In this document: piece by piece, positions 20,358 through 30,539 of the stretch
How positions within the stretch are numbered: position 1 is the first letter of the stretch
How the letters are laid out: every line of letters begins with the position of its first letter
IMG/VR virus record: IMGVR_UViG_3300045988_179014
Coordinates: 160,001 to 224,000 of that record
Strand: one strand, 5' to 3'
DNA length: 64,000 nt
DNA from: a virus
Made by a program: the position numbers and the translations under genes
Notes under the pieces: model-generated
Seen by the model: only the letters and a program-made list of their open reading frames with translations
Database searches by the model: none
What the model was told of the DNA's origin: nothing

Positions 20358-20764
20358 ATGTTTGAGGCTCCTTTGTGGTCACCAACGAATTGTGTAAAAT
20401 GTGGAGTCAAATAAGATGTAGTTGAGAACAATGACACCAAAGATTCAAAAAATGTTCGTTGCACTTCCTCATGAGTGAACAATGGTTTCTCAATACTGTA
20501 AACCAATTCTTGCCCATGGTCTTTTTCGCTGTTTATCAACCTAAAAGTTGTAGCTGAAAAAAGATGTTGTAAAGTCCGTTCCAATTGAATTCTTACTGTA
20601 CCCTTGGATTCTTCAGGTGGAACATGAAATGCAACATACAAGTTGGCATTGTTGGAAACATGTGGTAATGTGCTCATGTTTTCTATTCTACCGAAGGACA
20701 TAAAGATTCTGGGTATATGGAAAATATGCAAAACGGGGACTACAACGCAATGTGCAATCCCCAT
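20354..20764 (-). CDS. Hypothetical protein
   Basis: This is a 136-aa ORF coupled to the upstream gene by an ATGA overlap. Confidence 0.35.
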   Translation of the reverse strand: MGIAHCVVVPVLHIFHIPRIFMSFGRIENMSTLPHVSNNANLYVAFHVPPEESKGTVRIQLERTLQHLFSATTFRLINSEKDHGQELVYSIEKPLFTHEEVQRTFFESLVSLFSTTSYLTPHFTQFVGDHKGASNI

Positions 20765-20791
20765 TTTGGTATTGAGTTCTAGTCAGTTAGT

Positions 20792-21697
20792 TCAATCCAC
20801 AAAGTCTGCGTAACCTATGCCCATATCAGCCAACTCTGTTTGAATACGCTCCAAGGCACTGTTCAAAATCTTTTTGAATTTGACAGGAGTAAGTGCGTGC
20901 TTGGCTCGTACTTCTTTAAGCGTGAGAGGCCTAGTCCCTGAATTTGAATCCAACATGAACGCGGCAGTCACAACATCTTTTTCAACAGCGTCCAGCTTCT
21001 CCAAATGTGCATGAAGAGCTGTATACATGCTATTCTGCATTACTTCATCTTCTGAAGATGCCGTCGTATGGTCTCGTGCAACCAAATCCATCAATTCATA
21101 ACTATTGGACCCATCAGAACTTACCACCTTGTTGAGACTGGCAGGAGTTGCGGCAGCATTGGTGATGTAATACATGTCTGCTTGGCTGAGACCCAAGTTG
21201 TTCATAATTATGGTATCTGCTTCTTTTCCAGTGATACCATCCAACTCCAACAATGCACGTTGTTTTGAAATCTTACTAAAATCGCTTACACGATTTTCAG
21301 GTAATTTAACCAAACGTCCTGTTTTATTGCTCCATCGTGTCATGGATTGAAAAATCCAATAGGAAGCTACTGTGGATACTTTATTATTTCGTGCAGGGTC
21401 ATAGTGATAGATAGCAGTTAGCAACCCAGCCATGCCATCTTGAATCAGGTCATCCAGTTCAGGAGCACCAGGGTATTTTGCTTTAAACGCGCGTGCCTTA
21501 CTGTGTACAAGACCAATATACGCCACCACTAAACGGTCAACTGCTTGTTTCCCCACTGTAATTACATCAGTTAAATGTTCTTTTTCTTCATTGGTAATAT
21601 TATTAGACTTCAGGCGTTCTTGTGCTTGTAGCATGTTCTGCACTAGTCTTCCTAAGCGCAGCTCTTCATCTTTCTCCAAGTGCTTATCTCTTGCCAT
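20792..21697 (-). CDS. Sigma-70-family RNA polymerase sigma factor (regions 2 and 4)
   Basis: 'LIQDGMAGLLTAIYHYDPARNNKVSTVASYWIFQSMTRW' covers sigma-70 regions 2.1 to 2.4. The C-terminal 'LTLKEVRAKHALTPVKFKKILNSALERI' looks like a region-4 HTH. The SD AGGAAAAAGGAA precedes the start. Confidence 0.8.
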   Translation of the reverse strand: MARDKHLEKDEELRLGRLVQNMLQAQERLKSNNITNEEKEHLTDVITVGKQAVDRLVVAYIGLVHSKARAFKAKYPGAPELDDLIQDGMAGLLTAIYHYDPARNNKVSTVASYWIFQSMTRWSNKTGRLVKLPENRVSDFSKISKQRALLELDGITGKEADTIIMNNLGLSQADMYYITNAAATPASLNKVVSSDGSNSYELMDLVARDHTTASSEDEVMQNSMYTALHAHLEKLDAVEKDVVTAAFMLDSNSGTRPLTLKEVRAKHALTPVKFKKILNSALERIQTELADMGIGYADFVD

Positions 21698-21740
21698 ATA
21701 TACTATTCCTTTTTCCTACTTACTTGCACTTTGATGACAA

Positions 21741-21770
21741 CCTGTGTTATGCTAAAATATAGTACACAGG
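21741..21770. promoter_or_regulatory. 7-bp inverted repeat CCTGTGT, N16, ACACAGG in the leader of the sigma-factor gene (possible operator)
   Basis: A perfect inverted repeat lies in the 100-bp intergenic region upstream of 20792..21697. No T-run follows it on the minus sense. Confidence 0.3.
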
Positions 21771-21798
21771 ATGAACTAAAATTATAATGGTGTGGTTA

Positions 21799-22311
21799 TT
21801 AAAGCAGATGGCCTGTCACAATAGTGCCATCCGGAAATCGAACCGTAACTAGATGATTTTCCCTCCTTGAATACATGGTAGAAGCATTGGTCCCCTCATT
21901 ACCAGAGCAAACCAATGTAGAACTAGCATACTGATTCGGTTCAGTTTCGTCAAGTTCATCAACCAGTGGGGTTTCGAAATCATGTCCTTGTATGTGTTCA
22001 ACGTGTTCAAGTTCACGGTTAGTGGGTTCATGAACATATTGTGGATGAAAATCCTGCTCGTTTTGGGCGACGGCATTGGCTTTCTCCAACATGTCCTGAA
22101 AACCAACCACATCATCACTATCGAATCCTGATGTGTCATTCACCAATACCCCGTTTTCAGTTAACTCATTGCGAAGTTCGGCTACCATTTGTTGGTCCCA
22201 TGGTGATAATGTCGGCAAAGGAGAACGTAAAGAGGCATCAAAATCATCTGCTATTGATGCCACAGGAATTGTACGAGAATTCTCATCAACTGTAGAAGAA
22301 TCTTGACTCAT
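21799..22311 (-). CDS. Acidic hypothetical protein
   Basis: 170 aa, rich in D and E. Confidence 0.4.
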   Translation of the reverse strand: MSQDSSTVDENSRTIPVASIADDFDASLRSPLPTLSPWDQQMVAELRNELTENGVLVNDTSGFDSDDVVGFQDMLEKANAVAQNEQDFHPQYVHEPTNRELEHVEHIQGHDFETPLVDELDETEPNQYASSTLVCSGNEGTNASTMYSRRENHLVTVRFPDGTIVTGHLL

Positions 22312-22331
22312 TACCTGCCTCCCTACTGACC

Positions 22332-22754
22332 CTAAGTAATTAGATACCCATTACGACATTGCAGCATGTTCACCGTAATATCATTGACCAACAACTCCAA
22401 GTTCTGATTCTCCACAATTGTTGACAACTCTTTCAACACTTTATGGTCTAAATCAAGTACTACATTTTTGTGGTCTTGTAAATATGCAATGCCTAAGGCA
22501 ATTTTGGTCTTACCATCATCATTGTCCGTATAAGCTCTTACAAATGATTGATAGAATTCTCCGTCCATAATAGCAGGGAAGATAGGGTCAATGGTAATAG
22601 GATTGATGTAATTGAACACAGAATACATAAAACGTGCGGATTGCCCGTTTTCATCAGCTAACATATTGCTCATTTGAGATGAAATGTTAATCTTGTTGAT
22701 AGAATCGGTTGTATTTCGTAGCTGCTCCAGTAGTTCCAGAAAGGAGTTAGCCAT
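22332..22754 (-). CDS. Hypothetical protein
   Basis: 140-aa ORF. Confidence 0.4.
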   Translation of the reverse strand: MANSFLELLEQLRNTTDSINKINISSQMSNMLADENGQSARFMYSVFNYINPITIDPIFPAIMDGEFYQSFVRAYTDNDDGKTKIALGIAYLQDHKNVVLDLDHKVLKELSTIVENQNLELLVNDITVNMLQCRNGYLIT

Positions 22755-22780
22755 TGTATTCCTCTTTTCGAGATTAACGA

Positions 22781-23035
22781 TTAACCATTCATGTAATACT
22801 GGAAACCAAAATAAATAAGCGCCATCACTATTACTGCAACTACGAGAATTCCCAATACTCTCATAACCGTAAAAGTAACACGAACCTTCTTCTCACTCAC
22901 AGAACTGTTTTTGTATTTTTTGGTAGTTGTTTTGGATTGAGTGTTGGAGGCACGTTTTAGGTCTTCTACTTGACGTACTTCTGGGTCCTTCAGTCGCCCA
23001 GTTTTTCCCGCTTGTAACTCTTCAAATAGCATCAT
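22781..23035 (-). CDS. Small protein with C-terminal TM anchor
   Basis: It has a basic N-terminus and the TM 'VLGILVVAVIVMALIYFGFQYY'. Confidence 0.35.
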   Translation of the reverse strand: MMLFEELQAGKTGRLKDPEVRQVEDLKRASNTQSKTTTKKYKNSSVSEKKVRVTFTVMRVLGILVVAVIVMALIYFGFQYYMNG

Positions 23036-23658
23036 TCACCTTCTTCAACAGCAGGAACCTCATATCTGGACAAAGTAGAACCCAGAACATGGTCTTTGTG
23101 AACAATAAAAGCCTTTCCAGGAACACAAGCCCCAGAAATGCAAGTTACCAAATACTCGTCATTAAGATATGAAGCACGTTTCAGCAATGGAGATTCTATG
23201 CCTTCATTTGGCGGAAAATTTGCATCAACCAATTCTCCATCCACAGTTAAAATACCAGGTGGAGCCCATGTGAGTTTTCCATAAGGACCAGCTACCACAC
23301 TTACAACAGCATAATCCCCACCTGGCACAAAAGCTTGCCTCAAATGGTCCAGAAACCCTTTTTCTTCAGGATTTTTCACATTGACCAGAATTTGGGCTTG
23401 AGCTGGAATCATGCCTCCACTGTAGGTAATGTTTTTGACAGGCACCAAACCCGCTCCTGAGGTGGTGGGGACAACACGAAGCAATGTAGCGGCAAAAACT
23501 GTGTACAACAAAACAACAGCACAAAAAGCGATGAACAGACCTCGCCCTATTTTTTTGAATAGCAAGGAATTATATGCTGACCGAGCCAAACGAACTTGAG
23601 GTTGATGTTTAGGTGTTGAATCTGGTGTTGTTGAAGTACGCCGAAAAACTTCTGCCAT
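23032..23658 (-). CDS. N-terminally anchored extracytoplasmic protein (CpaB/RcpC-like or sortase-like fold possible)
   Basis: The TM is 'LFIAFCAVVLLYTVFAATLL'. A 'YLVTCISGAC' segment recalls the sortase TLxTC motif, but the conserved His context is absent. Confidence 0.3.
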   Translation of the reverse strand: MAEVFRRTSTTPDSTPKHQPQVRLARSAYNSLLFKKIGRGLFIAFCAVVLLYTVFAATLLRVVPTTSGAGLVPVKNITYSGGMIPAQAQILVNVKNPEEKGFLDHLRQAFVPGGDYAVVSVVAGPYGKLTWAPPGILTVDGELVDANFPPNEGIESPLLKRASYLNDEYLVTCISGACVPGKAFIVHKDHVLGSTLSRYEVPAVEEGE

Positions 23659-23694
23659 GGAAAACCTTCCCGCTGAAAACGAATACTGGCAATA

Positions 23695-24267
23695 TCAGAT
23701 GAAAAACAATCCAGAAATAATCATCACAACCGCAAGGACACCCACGATAGTCTTGATTTTATGCGCTTTCATCCAAGTCACAAAATCATTTATCTTGTCT
23801 TTGATGGATTCTTGTGTGAGTGTTGTTTTGTTTTTAGGTGCAATACCGAAATAAGCACGTCGAACATCTTCCAGTTGTTTTGCTAAATGCTGTGACAGTT
23901 CTTTTGTAAGAATTAATTCAACTTTGTCGCCTTGGCTTGATGTGACTTCCAGAATTGGGGGGTCATTCTTCATGAAAATTGGTTTTCTTACATCTCCATT
24001 AGGAGTCCGAAAATTCAGCACTTGCACCATCACAGCACGGTCAGTTTGCTTGAATAATGCCATTACGTCATCTTCATGAACAACTTTGTCGTCCCCGGCA
24101 AGAAACAATTCATCATCATCAAAATAAGAATCTGTTTCAGAGTCTTCATCAATCAAATCATCATCATCCACTTCTTCGATGAAATCTTCTGCATCCCACT
24201 TGGATTGATTCTCAAGGTTGTTAGCAATTACAGAATCGGATTCTTTTATGGTATTTTTATCATTCAT
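23695..24267 (-). CDS. Acidic protein with C-terminal TM anchor
   Basis: It has the acidic stretch 'EEVDDDDLIDEDSETDSYFDDDE' and the C-terminal TM 'IKTIVGVLAVVMIISGLFFI'. Confidence 0.4.
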   Translation of the reverse strand: MNDKNTIKESDSVIANNLENQSKWDAEDFIEEVDDDDLIDEDSETDSYFDDDELFLAGDDKVVHEDDVMALFKQTDRAVMVQVLNFRTPNGDVRKPIFMKNDPPILEVTSSQGDKVELILTKELSQHLAKQLEDVRRAYFGIAPKNKTTLTQESIKDKINDFVTWMKAHKIKTIVGVLAVVMIISGLFFI

Positions 24268-24327
24268 CTGCTAATTCTTTCTCCCGATTTCAACTGTTCC
24301 TATTGTATCGGTTATCATTCATACCTC

Positions 24328-25194
24328 TCAGCTGGGGGAACTGCTAGCACTAGGTGTGGATGTTGCAACTGGAGTATTTGAGGGTGTATCAGATGGGATT
24401 GTAGTGGCCTTAATAGTATCAATCAATTTAAAATCGAACTGAGTATTGGCATAAGCATCCGAATTAGGGGTATACCATGTTGCCAAAAGAAATTGGTTTT
24501 TCAAATCTGTTATGGAGTAAAGTTTCCACTGTCCGTTTCCATCTTTCGCAAAAGTCAAATTCGCAGTATTGTTAGCAAAAGTTTTTTCCATAACATTGAA
24601 GGTTCCATCCCAAGCTGAATCATTAATAGTTTGAATCCGTTGAGTCGCCACTGAAGTAAAATTAACCGTCACAGTAGCAGCTGTGTGTTGTTTGTCTCCA
24701 ATGTTGACATATGAACCAGTTTTTTTAGTTGTGGCAGACACAGAATCAACAGTGTATCCAGTCAAATTTTGCAATTCATTCTGATTAGTCCATTGAGATA
24801 CAGCACGGTCATCGTAAGATAGAGGGGAACCAGCAAAAACATGAGGTTTCAACGCTGCATATGCCGATTCACGTGAAACGAAAAAGTCTTTGGCTTGATT
24901 AGGGTTAGAGCCAATCAAGTATTGAGCATTCATTATGTTGTCCCCAGTTAAAGTGTTGGGACGAACCCCAAAATTTCCAGCGATGGACAATAGCTCTTTT
25001 GCACGACTGGACAACAACACTTGGTCCTGATTATCGATTTCCACCTGTGACGTAATTTCAGGAGTAGTTGGTTCCTCATTCGGGGTTGTCCACCACACAG
25101 CCAGAAGAACAGTAGCAACTGCAACACTCAATACACCCACAATCAAATAAATCAGCCGATTACGTGTGGTTTTTTCATCAGTTTTGTCAGTCAT
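24328..25194 (-). CDS. Bitopic surface protein with Ser/Thr/Pro-rich C-terminus (possible TcpC/VirB8-like)
   Basis: It has the TM 'LIYLIVGVLSVAVATVLLAVWW', a 'GNGQWKLYSI' strand and the tail 'TPSDTPSNTPVATSTPSASSSPS'. Confidence 0.4.
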   Translation of the reverse strand: MTDKTDEKTTRNRLIYLIVGVLSVAVATVLLAVWWTTPNEEPTTPEITSQVEIDNQDQVLLSSRAKELLSIAGNFGVRPNTLTGDNIMNAQYLIGSNPNQAKDFFVSRESAYAALKPHVFAGSPLSYDDRAVSQWTNQNELQNLTGYTVDSVSATTKKTGSYVNIGDKQHTAATVTVNFTSVATQRIQTINDSAWDGTFNVMEKTFANNTANLTFAKDGNGQWKLYSITDLKNQFLLATWYTPNSDAYANTQFDFKLIDTIKATTIPSDTPSNTPVATSTPSASSSPS

Positions 25195-25233
25195 GATTCT
25201 CCATTATTCCATCTTTTGTCATCATTGTTCATA

Positions 25234-26847
25234 TTAACCAATAAAATGGTAACCGTAATAAGCTCGGCCACCAGTATCCACCAAATTCTCGTTCAAGTAG
25301 TTTGCATCACCCAAAGCAGCCACACGAGTCAGATAAGAGGCATGTGCAATAGTGTCACGTCCATTTACATCACCTAAATACAATAGAATGTGACCATTGA
25401 CCCGAGTAACCCAAATGTCACCAGGTTTTGCTTCAGATTTCTTGGTGTATTGTTGCCATTTAGGGCTCTTCGCCAAATAATTTCCTTGTTCAGTCGTAGA
25501 CCCCCAAGGGATATCAGGGTCACGTGTCAAACGAATCACAGTTGCAACAAAACGGTCACATGAAGCATACAAACCGGACCAAGGGTCGGGGCTGGATTTT
25601 TCTTCTGCTTTTTTCTTGCCTTCAAGGTATTCAGGTTTTGCTTTTTGGCGACCTTCTGAATCTCCAGGCCCAACTCGTGATTCAGCTGAAGTTGGATATG
25701 ACATGCTAATAGCTAATTGCACAATGTCTGAGGTATCTAGATTACCACCGCTACTGTTTAAACAACTACCTCCAGTGTTAGCAGTGTATCCACCTCCGCC
25801 CTTGTAATTGGCCAAGAATTTTTCCGCACCAGCATAACGGTTATCCATACGTGGAATGCCAGCACGTTCAAATCGTTGTTCGAAAATCAAAACTAAATCT
25901 TTAGCAGTTTTGGAAGGGTCGTTAAAACCACCTGCAACCAGATTAGCGCCTTCCCATCCTTCCAGCTCAGTTTTGAAAAATTCAAGTTGCACATTGATGT
26001 CTGTCCAGTGCTTTCCTTGTTGTTTAGCAAAATTCGCAAAAGTGGTTCGACGTTCACCATCCCACTGAGCCAGACCAACTGCTTTACCTCCACCAGTAAC
26101 AGCAGCCAACTCCTCATTGGAGACACTAGAACTCATGAAATTGTTTTGCACCAGTTTAGGGTCGACTTGGGATTCTTGTGACCAGTTTCCAATAATACCA
26201 GCCACCTGATTAAGACTCATTGGTTGTCCCCCCAAGAAGTCGAATTTGGTGGTCATCAACCAATTGGCAATAGAGTTCGCGTTGCCAATCCAATCACCTT
26301 TATCTTCTGCTTGGACACCATTTGTACTTCCTGCAACCCCACACCCATCAGCATTTTCATTACGTCCCACAACTTGAAAAGTGGCCATAACGCCAATGAC
26401 CAATGACGCAATAACGTTAATAACCAATACCCCTACCCAAAATATGGGGTCTAAAAGTAAAGGAACCACAACAGTGACAAAAGCTTTAGCAGTGGCTACT
26501 GTTTTCTTGACAATATTTTTAACACTTCGGGTTTTCTCAACTGTTTTCTGGATTGCTTCTTTACCTTCAGGAGAAACAGTATTACCAGCCATGTCGGCAA
26601 CTTTTGTAGCGGCTGCTTGTTTCAACGCTGCTTTAGGGTTCCTGACCGTGTCTTTGACTGATGAATCCTTCAATGAACTAAAAGGTTGGGAATTGCTACG
26701 TTCAACACCAGAGGTAGATACCGCATCTGACTTTTGAGCAGAATTAGCTGCATTCGATTCCTGCATCTTGCTATTTGATGACATATTGGTGTTTTTGCCA
26801 GGAGAAATATTGTTCTCGCTTTCAGGTAATTCGTTTATTTGAGCCAT
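25234..26847 (-). CDS. Bifunctional cell-wall hydrolase, CwlT/TcpG-like (lytic transglycosylase/muramidase plus NlpC/P60 peptidase) with N-terminal TM
   Basis: The TM is 'VTVVVPLLLDPIFWVGVLVINVIASLVIGV'. 'AGIIGNWSQESQ...GLAQW' is a lytic-transglycosylase-type E-S motif. The C-terminal 'YASCDRFVATV...NGHILLYLG...IAHASY' gives a Cys-His-His arrangement of the NlpC/P60 or CHAP type. Confidence 0.65.
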   Translation of the reverse strand: MAQINELPESENNISPGKNTNMSSNSKMQESNAANSAQKSDAVSTSGVERSNSQPFSSLKDSSVKDTVRNPKAALKQAAATKVADMAGNTVSPEGKEAIQKTVEKTRSVKNIVKKTVATAKAFVTVVVPLLLDPIFWVGVLVINVIASLVIGVMATFQVVGRNENADGCGVAGSTNGVQAEDKGDWIGNANSIANWLMTTKFDFLGGQPMSLNQVAGIIGNWSQESQVDPKLVQNNFMSSSVSNEELAAVTGGGKAVGLAQWDGERRTTFANFAKQQGKHWTDINVQLEFFKTELEGWEGANLVAGGFNDPSKTAKDLVLIFEQRFERAGIPRMDNRYAGAEKFLANYKGGGGYTANTGGSCLNSSGGNLDTSDIVQLAISMSYPTSAESRVGPGDSEGRQKAKPEYLEGKKKAEEKSSPDPWSGLYASCDRFVATVIRLTRDPDIPWGSTTEQGNYLAKSPKWQQYTKKSEAKPGDIWVTRVNGHILLYLGDVNGRDTIAHASYLTRVAALGDANYLNENLVDTGGRAYYGYHFIG

Positions 26848-26855
26848 TATCTACC

Positions 26856-29800
26856 TCATTTGGAATCATCAAGTTTGCTTGCACGTTGATACAGTTCAGC
26901 CGCTTTACGACGACGACCTCGGATTTCGGCTTGTAGAGCACGAAGAGCTTTACCTGACAGGTCTGATTGTTTAGCTTCTAGTTGAGCTACTTCGCGTTTC
27001 AGTCGCTCTGATTCTGCATACAATTTTTGTGCCTCATTTAATCCCATGTTTCCTACTTCTTGACGGGGTGTCTCATTGCGTCGTGATTGTTCCAACTGTT
27101 CTGCTTTAGCTGCTTCCCGCTGGACAATCGCTTCACGTATTCTCCGCGCCTTAGCAGCTTGTTCATCCTTATTAGGGGCATGTGGTGATTTGGCCCCATT
27201 AGTTTGAGGTGTTGTGGGAGTAGCAGGAGTAGATGAGGTGGTATCAACTGGAGGCAACGGAATTTCGTCCACATGTTGCTCAAAGAATGAATCCTCTTCT
27301 GGATAATCCACTGGTGGTATGTCTTCATCCCGAGGAGCTGGAGGACGAGGAGTCATTCCACGGTCACGCAAGCTATTCTTTCGCTGCGCTTCATAAGCAT
27401 TGCGTCGATTGGAAGTGTTTGTTCGAGCTGCACGTTCAGATTCACCAGCTACAAAATCAGACTTTGTTGGAGCATCTGGGACAACCACCTGAGTTGGGTT
27501 GAATACTTCACGGTCATCTTCTTTACGTCCTAACCGCGCTTTCTGCTCTTTTTTGGTTTCAAGATTCTGAGCAATCATTTCACGGTTGATTTGCTCTTCC
27601 ACTCTTTGAACTCCACGGTCAGTCAATCCATCACCTGGACGCATATTGATGAACGCATCTCCATACGCCTTGCTCTTGATTGCAGCTTCAGCATGAGCAC
27701 GTTCAGCATCATTGAGCGCCTCCCCAGCATGGACAATCTCCTGTTCCAAACGTCTACGGTCAGCAGCTTGAGTAGCATCAAATGTACGCAACTCTTGCAA
27801 TTCATTTAGAGCAGAGGCATCTAATTTATCCATACCGGCAGCATCGATTTCTTTAGCGAGAATGCTGTCATATTCGTTCTGATAATTGGCCAAACGGTCT
27901 GTGGAAATGCCACTGGCCAATCTGCGAGCACGGTCAGAATACTGGTCTATCTGGTCTTGTAGAATAGCGGCCTTACCCATGTCACCACTATTGATAGCAA
28001 TATTCAGCTGCAACTTGCTGTCAGAGAGCAAATTCTTCAAATCTTGCAGTTGAGCAAAATCTTGCGCCTCATCATAAGCATCATTGACCGCAGAAATACG
28101 TTCAGTTTTCTCTTCCTCTGAGAAGTTTCCATTACGGATGTCACGTAGTTGAGCCACACGGTCAGCATGTGTTTTTTCACGGAAATCATCGAGTATCTGA
28201 TGCTCCATGTTGCGAACACCACGATAGTTTTCCTCAACTTGCTGTAGACGTTGGTTCTTGTCATCAGCTTGTTCATCAAATGATGCCAATGTGTCCTGAG
28301 CATCACGCAAATCAGTTTCACGTTCATCACGAGTTGTAGCAGCTGTGGTTTCCGCAGCGGCAGCATCTTGCATCTTGGCTCGCATATCCTGTTTGTTATC
28401 AACGCTATTACGGTCATACTGACGAGCAATATTGCCAACTAAGCCAGAACTGCGTTTGAGCTGACGTTTGGCGCCATCCTTGAGGCCGGAGATGGACGCA
28501 CGACGCAGCTCGCCCCAACCGCCTTTCTGGAATGGGTTTGCACCAGTTGCCACCATACCGCCAATAGCACCACCGGCACCCGCCAGTGCAAGGTTCTTCC
28601 CAAATGACCCCATATTTTCTGCACGAGAGCGTAATTTGTCCGCCATACTGCTGGACAATTGTTCACCACCCATGTTGACACGACCCACAAGGTTCATCAA
28701 TTCACGTCTGTACATGAACAATGCCATGGTAACAATAACAACGAATAACAGGGTTAGACCCATATTCGACAGATTACCCAAGATGCCACCATAAATAGCA
28801 ATTGCAACCACTAGGAACACTGCTGATGCAAGGTATTTCAAAACCGCTGCAATAACTTTTTCCAACCATCCAAATAGAATTCGTTTACCTCGACCAGGAT
28901 GTACACCTAGTAAGAAGAACAAGGCTCCAAAAGACAACAGAATAAGTGAAGAAATATAATAAATAAGCGCAAATAATGAAACCACGAAAATTATGAACGT
29001 ACCCAATACTGAAACAATAAATGACATACCAGCAACATTGATTTTTCCAATACCGCTGCTGAGGTCATTGCTCCAATGTGTCCACAGGCCTTCATCAGCC
29101 GCAGAAGCCATAATAACGCGATACCATCGAGGGTCGAAATCATTTGTAGTGAAATTGGGGTCCCCATCGGATTGCGCATTAACCGACAAATACATCTGAT
29201 ATGCCATCAAATTGCATACACGGTTTTTGTTGGGTGCATCAAGACTTAACGTGTTTCCTTGGTCATTGACAGAACCACTAGACCCCAAACTGACACAATA
29301 CATGTCAGGATTGAGGTCAGTTTCTTTCAGTTTGGCACGGAATGGACTGTCTGAAGCTTTTGTATCCAGGTCCGCGAAAGATGCCCCAAAACTGGCTTGT
29401 GTATATGGCTCCAGAACAAATGCTTTCCAGATGGAGCATGTGATAGAGTTTGCGGTCAACGACATTTGTTCGTCCAACGTGGCACCAGATGCAGCAGACA
29501 TACAAATCTTATCGGATGTTGACTCTCCTTCATTATAATCAATTTGAGTTGAGGAACCGCCCATACAATTTTGCCCATTGAATGCACCAATAACACATGT
29601 TGACACCGCATTGGACACAGCCATAGGCGCTTTTGCCAACAGAGCCGGATTCAACAAAAGAGCCAATCCAAAAATAACGGAGAGAGTAATCCATAAAGCA
29701 CCAAACAATGCTTCACGGAATTTACGTTTCACCAGTCCTAGATAAGCAACCCAGAATCCTGCTACTGTCACCACAATAACCAGCAAAGGATAGTAGATAC

Positions 29801-30539
29801 TGGATGTTAAAGCTCCAATAATACCGCCATCTGAACGACCAGTGCCACCAATCACTTTGAGTAGATTGAGACAGCTGCCATTTGGATGTGCTGGGTCAGG
29901 ACAAATAATGTTAGGGTTAAAAGCGCTGACGGCAATGAATTGAGCCACGTTGGTTACTAGTCCAGAAAGACTCATTAGCCCATCGGCAACCCATGGAAGA
30001 GCTTGCATGAAACAGTTGGACCAAGCCGACCGTGTTTTCTCCAGCTTTTCAGCATTTTTCTGATAGTACGTGTCAAAACTGGCATTGCCACCATCAAAAG
30101 TTTTCAGTATCCCGTCAGCTACTTCGGGTTTTTTCTTTGATTTGGTCCAGGGGGCGTCTTTGGCTTCGCCTTCACCTTCGTAAGCGACAAATCCTAACCC
30201 GCCACCTAAAGCTTCTTGCATTGTCCAAGTGCGACCACTGCTGTCAGGTTGTACATATCCACCCACTACTGTGTTACGCCAACCATCTTTACGGTCCATT
30301 CCTAAACCTGTTGTATAAATGCATCCAATTTCTGGACTACCTGCTTCAGCAGTATTAATTAAATTGGATTGTTTCTGTGTCAGTACACTACTGGCGAAGG
30401 GTTGTAATGCGAGTACAACAGCGAGCATAGCAAAGACACCAGCAATCAATCCTAGAAAAGGATGACGCTGATTGTGCGACACTTGAGAAGTCGCGAAATT
30501 CTCGTCAATATACGAGGAGCCGTTTGCACGCTTAATCAT
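26856..30539 (-). CDS. Giant polytopic membrane protein, paralog C (candidate VirB6/TcpH-like) with long C-terminal coiled-coil/charged tail
   Basis: The 1227-aa protein has an N-terminal TM, a multi-TM core ('LLVIVVTVAGFWVAYLGL...', 'FIVSVLGTFIIFVVSLFALIYYISSLILLSFGALFFLLGV') and about 550 aa of K/E/R/Q-rich tail. 'CSIWKAFVLEPYTQASFGASF' and 'RWYRVIMASAADEGLWTHWS' align with the C-W-F-W-G block of paralogs A and B. Confidence 0.65.
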   Translation of the reverse strand: MIKRANGSSYIDENFATSQVSHNQRHPFLGLIAGVFAMLAVVLALQPFASSVLTQKQSNLINTAEAGSPEIGCIYTTGLGMDRKDGWRNTVVGGYVQPDSSGRTWTMQEALGGGLGFVAYEGEGEAKDAPWTKSKKKPEVADGILKTFDGGNASFDTYYQKNAEKLEKTRSAWSNCFMQALPWVADGLMSLSGLVTNVAQFIAVSAFNPNIICPDPAHPNGSCLNLLKVIGGTGRSDGGIIGALTSSIYYPLLVIVVTVAGFWVAYLGLVKRKFREALFGALWITLSVIFGLALLLNPALLAKAPMAVSNAVSTCVIGAFNGQNCMGGSSTQIDYNEGESTSDKICMSAASGATLDEQMSLTANSITCSIWKAFVLEPYTQASFGASFADLDTKASDSPFRAKLKETDLNPDMYCVSLGSSGSVNDQGNTLSLDAPNKNRVCNLMAYQMYLSVNAQSDGDPNFTTNDFDPRWYRVIMASAADEGLWTHWSNDLSSGIGKINVAGMSFIVSVLGTFIIFVVSLFALIYYISSLILLSFGALFFLLGVHPGRGKRILFGWLEKVIAAVLKYLASAVFLVVAIAIYGGILGNLSNMGLTLLFVVIVTMALFMYRRELMNLVGRVNMGGEQLSSSMADKLRSRAENMGSFGKNLALAGAGGAIGGMVATGANPFQKGGWGELRRASISGLKDGAKRQLKRSSGLVGNIARQYDRNSVDNKQDMRAKMQDAAAAETTAATTRDERETDLRDAQDTLASFDEQADDKNQRLQQVEENYRGVRNMEHQILDDFREKTHADRVAQLRDIRNGNFSEEEKTERISAVNDAYDEAQDFAQLQDLKNLLSDSKLQLNIAINSGDMGKAAILQDQIDQYSDRARRLASGISTDRLANYQNEYDSILAKEIDAAGMDKLDASALNELQELRTFDATQAADRRRLEQEIVHAGEALNDAERAHAEAAIKSKAYGDAFINMRPGDGLTDRGVQRVEEQINREMIAQNLETKKEQKARLGRKEDDREVFNPTQVVVPDAPTKSDFVAGESERAARTNTSNRRNAYEAQRKNSLRDRGMTPRPPAPRDEDIPPVDYPEEDSFFEQHVDEIPLPPVDTTSSTPATPTTPQTNGAKSPHAPNKDEQAAKARRIREAIVQREAAKAEQLEQSRRNETPRQEVGNMGLNEAQKLYAESERLKREVAQLEAKQSDLSGKALRALQAEIRGRRRKAAELYQRASKLDDSK

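Noticed and set aside
23032-23658. Sortase assignment based on 'YLVTCISGAC'
   Set aside because: The conserved His (AGH) and Arg contexts of sortases were not found. It is kept as a generic anchored protein.
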